Shown here piece after piece: positions 61,952 through 64,000 of a DNA stretch of 64,000 nucleotides. The position numbers and the translations under genes are program-made. Source of the DNA: Promethearchaeota archaeon (lineage in GTDB: Archaea > Asgardarchaeota > Lokiarchaeia > Sigyniarchaeales > SOKP01); contig JAEOTA010000064.1 in assembly GCA_016840085.1 (NCBI GenBank), positions 21,583 through 85,582 on the forward strand, written 5' to 3'. Each line of letters begins with the position of its first letter. Position 1 is the stretch's first letter. Under the pieces are notes generated by a model. The model was not told the DNA's origin, ran no database searches, and saw only the letters and a program-made list of their open reading frames with translations.

Positions 61952-63494
61952 ACATGTCTTTATTTCTTTTGTAGATTTTCAAATATTCACCAAATAACTT
62001 ATCATAAACACTTTTATTTTCTGAATTAGGCGTAAATTTATTCTTAATCCTAATCAAAGGAATAGCATCTGCAAAATTATTCAAAATTCCCAAACCAACC
62101 ATAGAGATAATGGCAGAACCTTTAGCAGCAGCTAAGTCTGGATCCTCCATTTGAATGATATTTCGATTTAAAATATCTGCTATAATTTGACACCAAACAT
62201 CTGATTTTGCACCACCTCCGATAAATTTGATTTCTTTAGTTTTACCAATCAACTTCTCAATATAAATTAACGCCCATTTAATATTATATGCAACACCCTC
62301 ATATATAGATCTCAGTAGATCATCTCTTTCATGGTTAAGTCCAAGATTGTAAAATCCACCTCGAACATTAGAGTTATTTAACGGGCTTCTTTCTCCAAAC
62401 ATCCATGGTGTAAATAGTAGATTCTTAGCTCCCGCCTCTGTTTTTTCTACAGTAGAATCCAAATAGCTATAAAAGTCATTTTTATTTTCTTTAAATCTTT
62501 CTATATCTGCCCTAAACATTTGATTTATAATCCAATCGAGACAAGCTGCTCCTGTTTCTTGTTTTGAAATACATAAATAATTATCTTGAGAGGAACATAT
62601 ACTACCAGTATAATGAAGAAGATCTTTCAATCGTTCTGATGTATGAGCTGCAACCCAGTCAGCCGTTCCTAAACAGATAATTGGTTGATTATCCAAAATT
62701 GCTCCTGATCCTATCGCAGAAGAAGTTAAATCACCAGAGCCAACTAAAACAGGAAGTCCTGTTTTTAATCCTAAATCTTCTGAAGCATTTGTTGTTAATT
62801 CTCCCGCTATTTCAGTAGCTTTTCTTATCTGAGGCAATTTTTCCTTATCTATTTTAAACTTAGTTAATATTTTATCTGACCATATAAATTTATCTATATT
62901 ACTATCCATCATCCAAGAGGTATTACCTAAATCTCTTGAGGTTACAGCGTTATTAGTGCATCGATAAATAATAAAATCCTTTACACTTAGAAATTTAAAG
63001 GTTTTTTCATATATTTCAGGGAGATTTTCTTTTATCCATATAATATGAGAAATTGGATCTTTTCCGTTATGTCCAGGGGCACCACCTGTGATTTTAAGAA
63101 ACATGAGTAAATTCCTTAACCCAAAACCAGAAATTTTTATAATCCCCTTTGAAAATTTTCGAGTTATAGTAGCGGCTCGTGTATCTAGCCAATTAATGCA
63201 GCTCATTAATGGGTACCCATCTTTGTCTATAGGTACAGTACAGTTCATCTGACAATCAAACGATAAAGCTAAAATTTGCTCTGGATTTACATTATTCTTT
63301 TGAATTAAAATGTGAGTAGCTTTCTTTATTGCATTCCAATAGTAATCAGCATTTTGTTCTGCCCATCCTGGTTTTGGATATTCTAATGGATATTCTTCTT
63401 TAATTTGAGATATTAAATTTAAGTTCAAATCAAATAATGCCCCTTTATTACCAGATGTCCCTAAATCATGAGTTAAAATATATTTTTGTTCCAA
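61932..63494 (-). CDS. FGGY family carbohydrate kinase (xylulokinase-like)
   Basis: DLGTSG.K, PGWAEQ, WLDTR, GERSP, EGVA, GGGAKS. Confidence 0.93.
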   Translation of the reverse strand: MEQKYILTHDLGTSGNKGALFDLNLNLISQIKEEYPLEYPKPGWAEQNADYYWNAIKKATHILIQKNNVNPEQILALSFDCQMNCTVPIDKDGYPLMSCINWLDTRAATITRKFSKGIIKISGFGLRNLLMFLKITGGAPGHNGKDPISHIIWIKENLPEIYEKTFKFLSVKDFIIYRCTNNAVTSRDLGNTSWMMDSNIDKFIWSDKILTKFKIDKEKLPQIRKATEIAGELTTNASEDLGLKTGLPVLVGSGDLTSSAIGSGAILDNQPIICLGTADWVAAHTSERLKDLLHYTGSICSSQDNYLCISKQETGAACLDWIINQMFRADIERFKENKNDFYSYLDSTVEKTEAGAKNLLFTPWMFGERSPLNNSNVRGGFYNLGLNHERDDLLRSIYEGVAYNIKWALIYIEKLIGKTKEIKFIGGGAKSDVWCQIIADILNRNIIQMEDPDLAAAKGSAIISMVGLGILNNFADAIPLIRIKNKFTPNSENKSVYDKLFGEYLKIYKRNKDMFRNLNP

Positions 63495-63592
63495 ACTTAT
63501 CCCTTTATTTTTTTAATATTAATAATTCAAATCCAAGGTTATTTTTAATTTCTTTTTATGAAATTAATATTCTATTCTATATTTAATTTCAG

Positions 63593-64000
63593 CTATGAAA
63601 TTGTAATAGAATATGGGTGTAACCCTACACCCTCTATCCCATCTGCCGATATGGCTTTTGGGACTGCTTTTTTAAGGATATTATATGCTCCATTCACATC
63701 CGCATTGATAATGATCCCTTCTTGACTGTGGTATAAACCTCTGCAAATACGCTTTCCCTGATATTTCTCATGCTTTTCAATTGGATCTTTATCTAAGAAA
63801 CTACATCTTGAAGTGAAAGATTCTGTCTCTAAAATGACATCAATCCCGATTAACTCTGCTTTGTATTTAATTAGGGACACTAATTTGGAAAAAGGAATTT
63901 GGACAAAGTTCTGGTTATTACGCTTTCCAATTTTTATTTTATGTTTCCAAGTTTTATTATAACCGATGACTATCGTTCCAAAATCGTGGTTAATGCAATA
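63593..64000 (-). mobile_element. tnpB: IS200/IS605-family TnpB, 3' part (truncated by the window edge)
   Basis: Frame is open to the window end: IVIGYNKNWK..NNQNFVQIPF..YKA..ESFTSRCS..INADVNGA.NI. Hairpin GGGTGTA/TACACCC at 63615-63632. Confidence 0.9.

Noticed and set aside
1-64000. Genome-wide stop-codon reassignment or selenoproteins
   Set aside because: TAA, TAG and TGA all terminate apparently complete genes here; the internal stops are mixed (TAG, TAG, TAA); I found no in-frame TGA at a Cys position.

Overview
Very AT-rich archaeal chromosomal window, most likely Asgard/Lokiarchaeia. The assignment rests on eL22, four Rab-like small GTPases, a longin-roadblock protein, form III RuBisCO with R15P isomerase, aIF2-gamma, aIF1A, Spt5 and TFS. 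Most genes are housekeeping or metabolic. Main discovery: a stand-alone 5S rRNA gene at ~31369-31489 is circularly permuted. Its 3' half comes first and is joined to the 5' half by a UUCG loop, and it sits inside a bulge-helix-bulge-like processing stem. Standard cleavage and ligation at that motif would exactly rebuild the canonical GAACCCGGAA|GUUAA junction, giving a 121-nt circular 5S rRNA. Second: a circularly permuted (G3-G4-G5-G1-G2), tail-anchored Rab-like GTPase at 44033-44863. Also present: a candidate structured ncRNA (~10288-10460); three free-standing homing-endonuclease-like genes; an accessory island (~48.3-58.3 kb) with a truncated ABC-3C/Lamassu-type ATPase, a TIGR04255-like triplet and a repeat-nuclease/HerA-like module; three genes broken by single in-frame stops; an apparent ATT-initiated hydrolase; a ~200-aa insertion in an ABC NBD; and a partial TnpB at the right edge. 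All calls come from manual motif reading; no searches were run.
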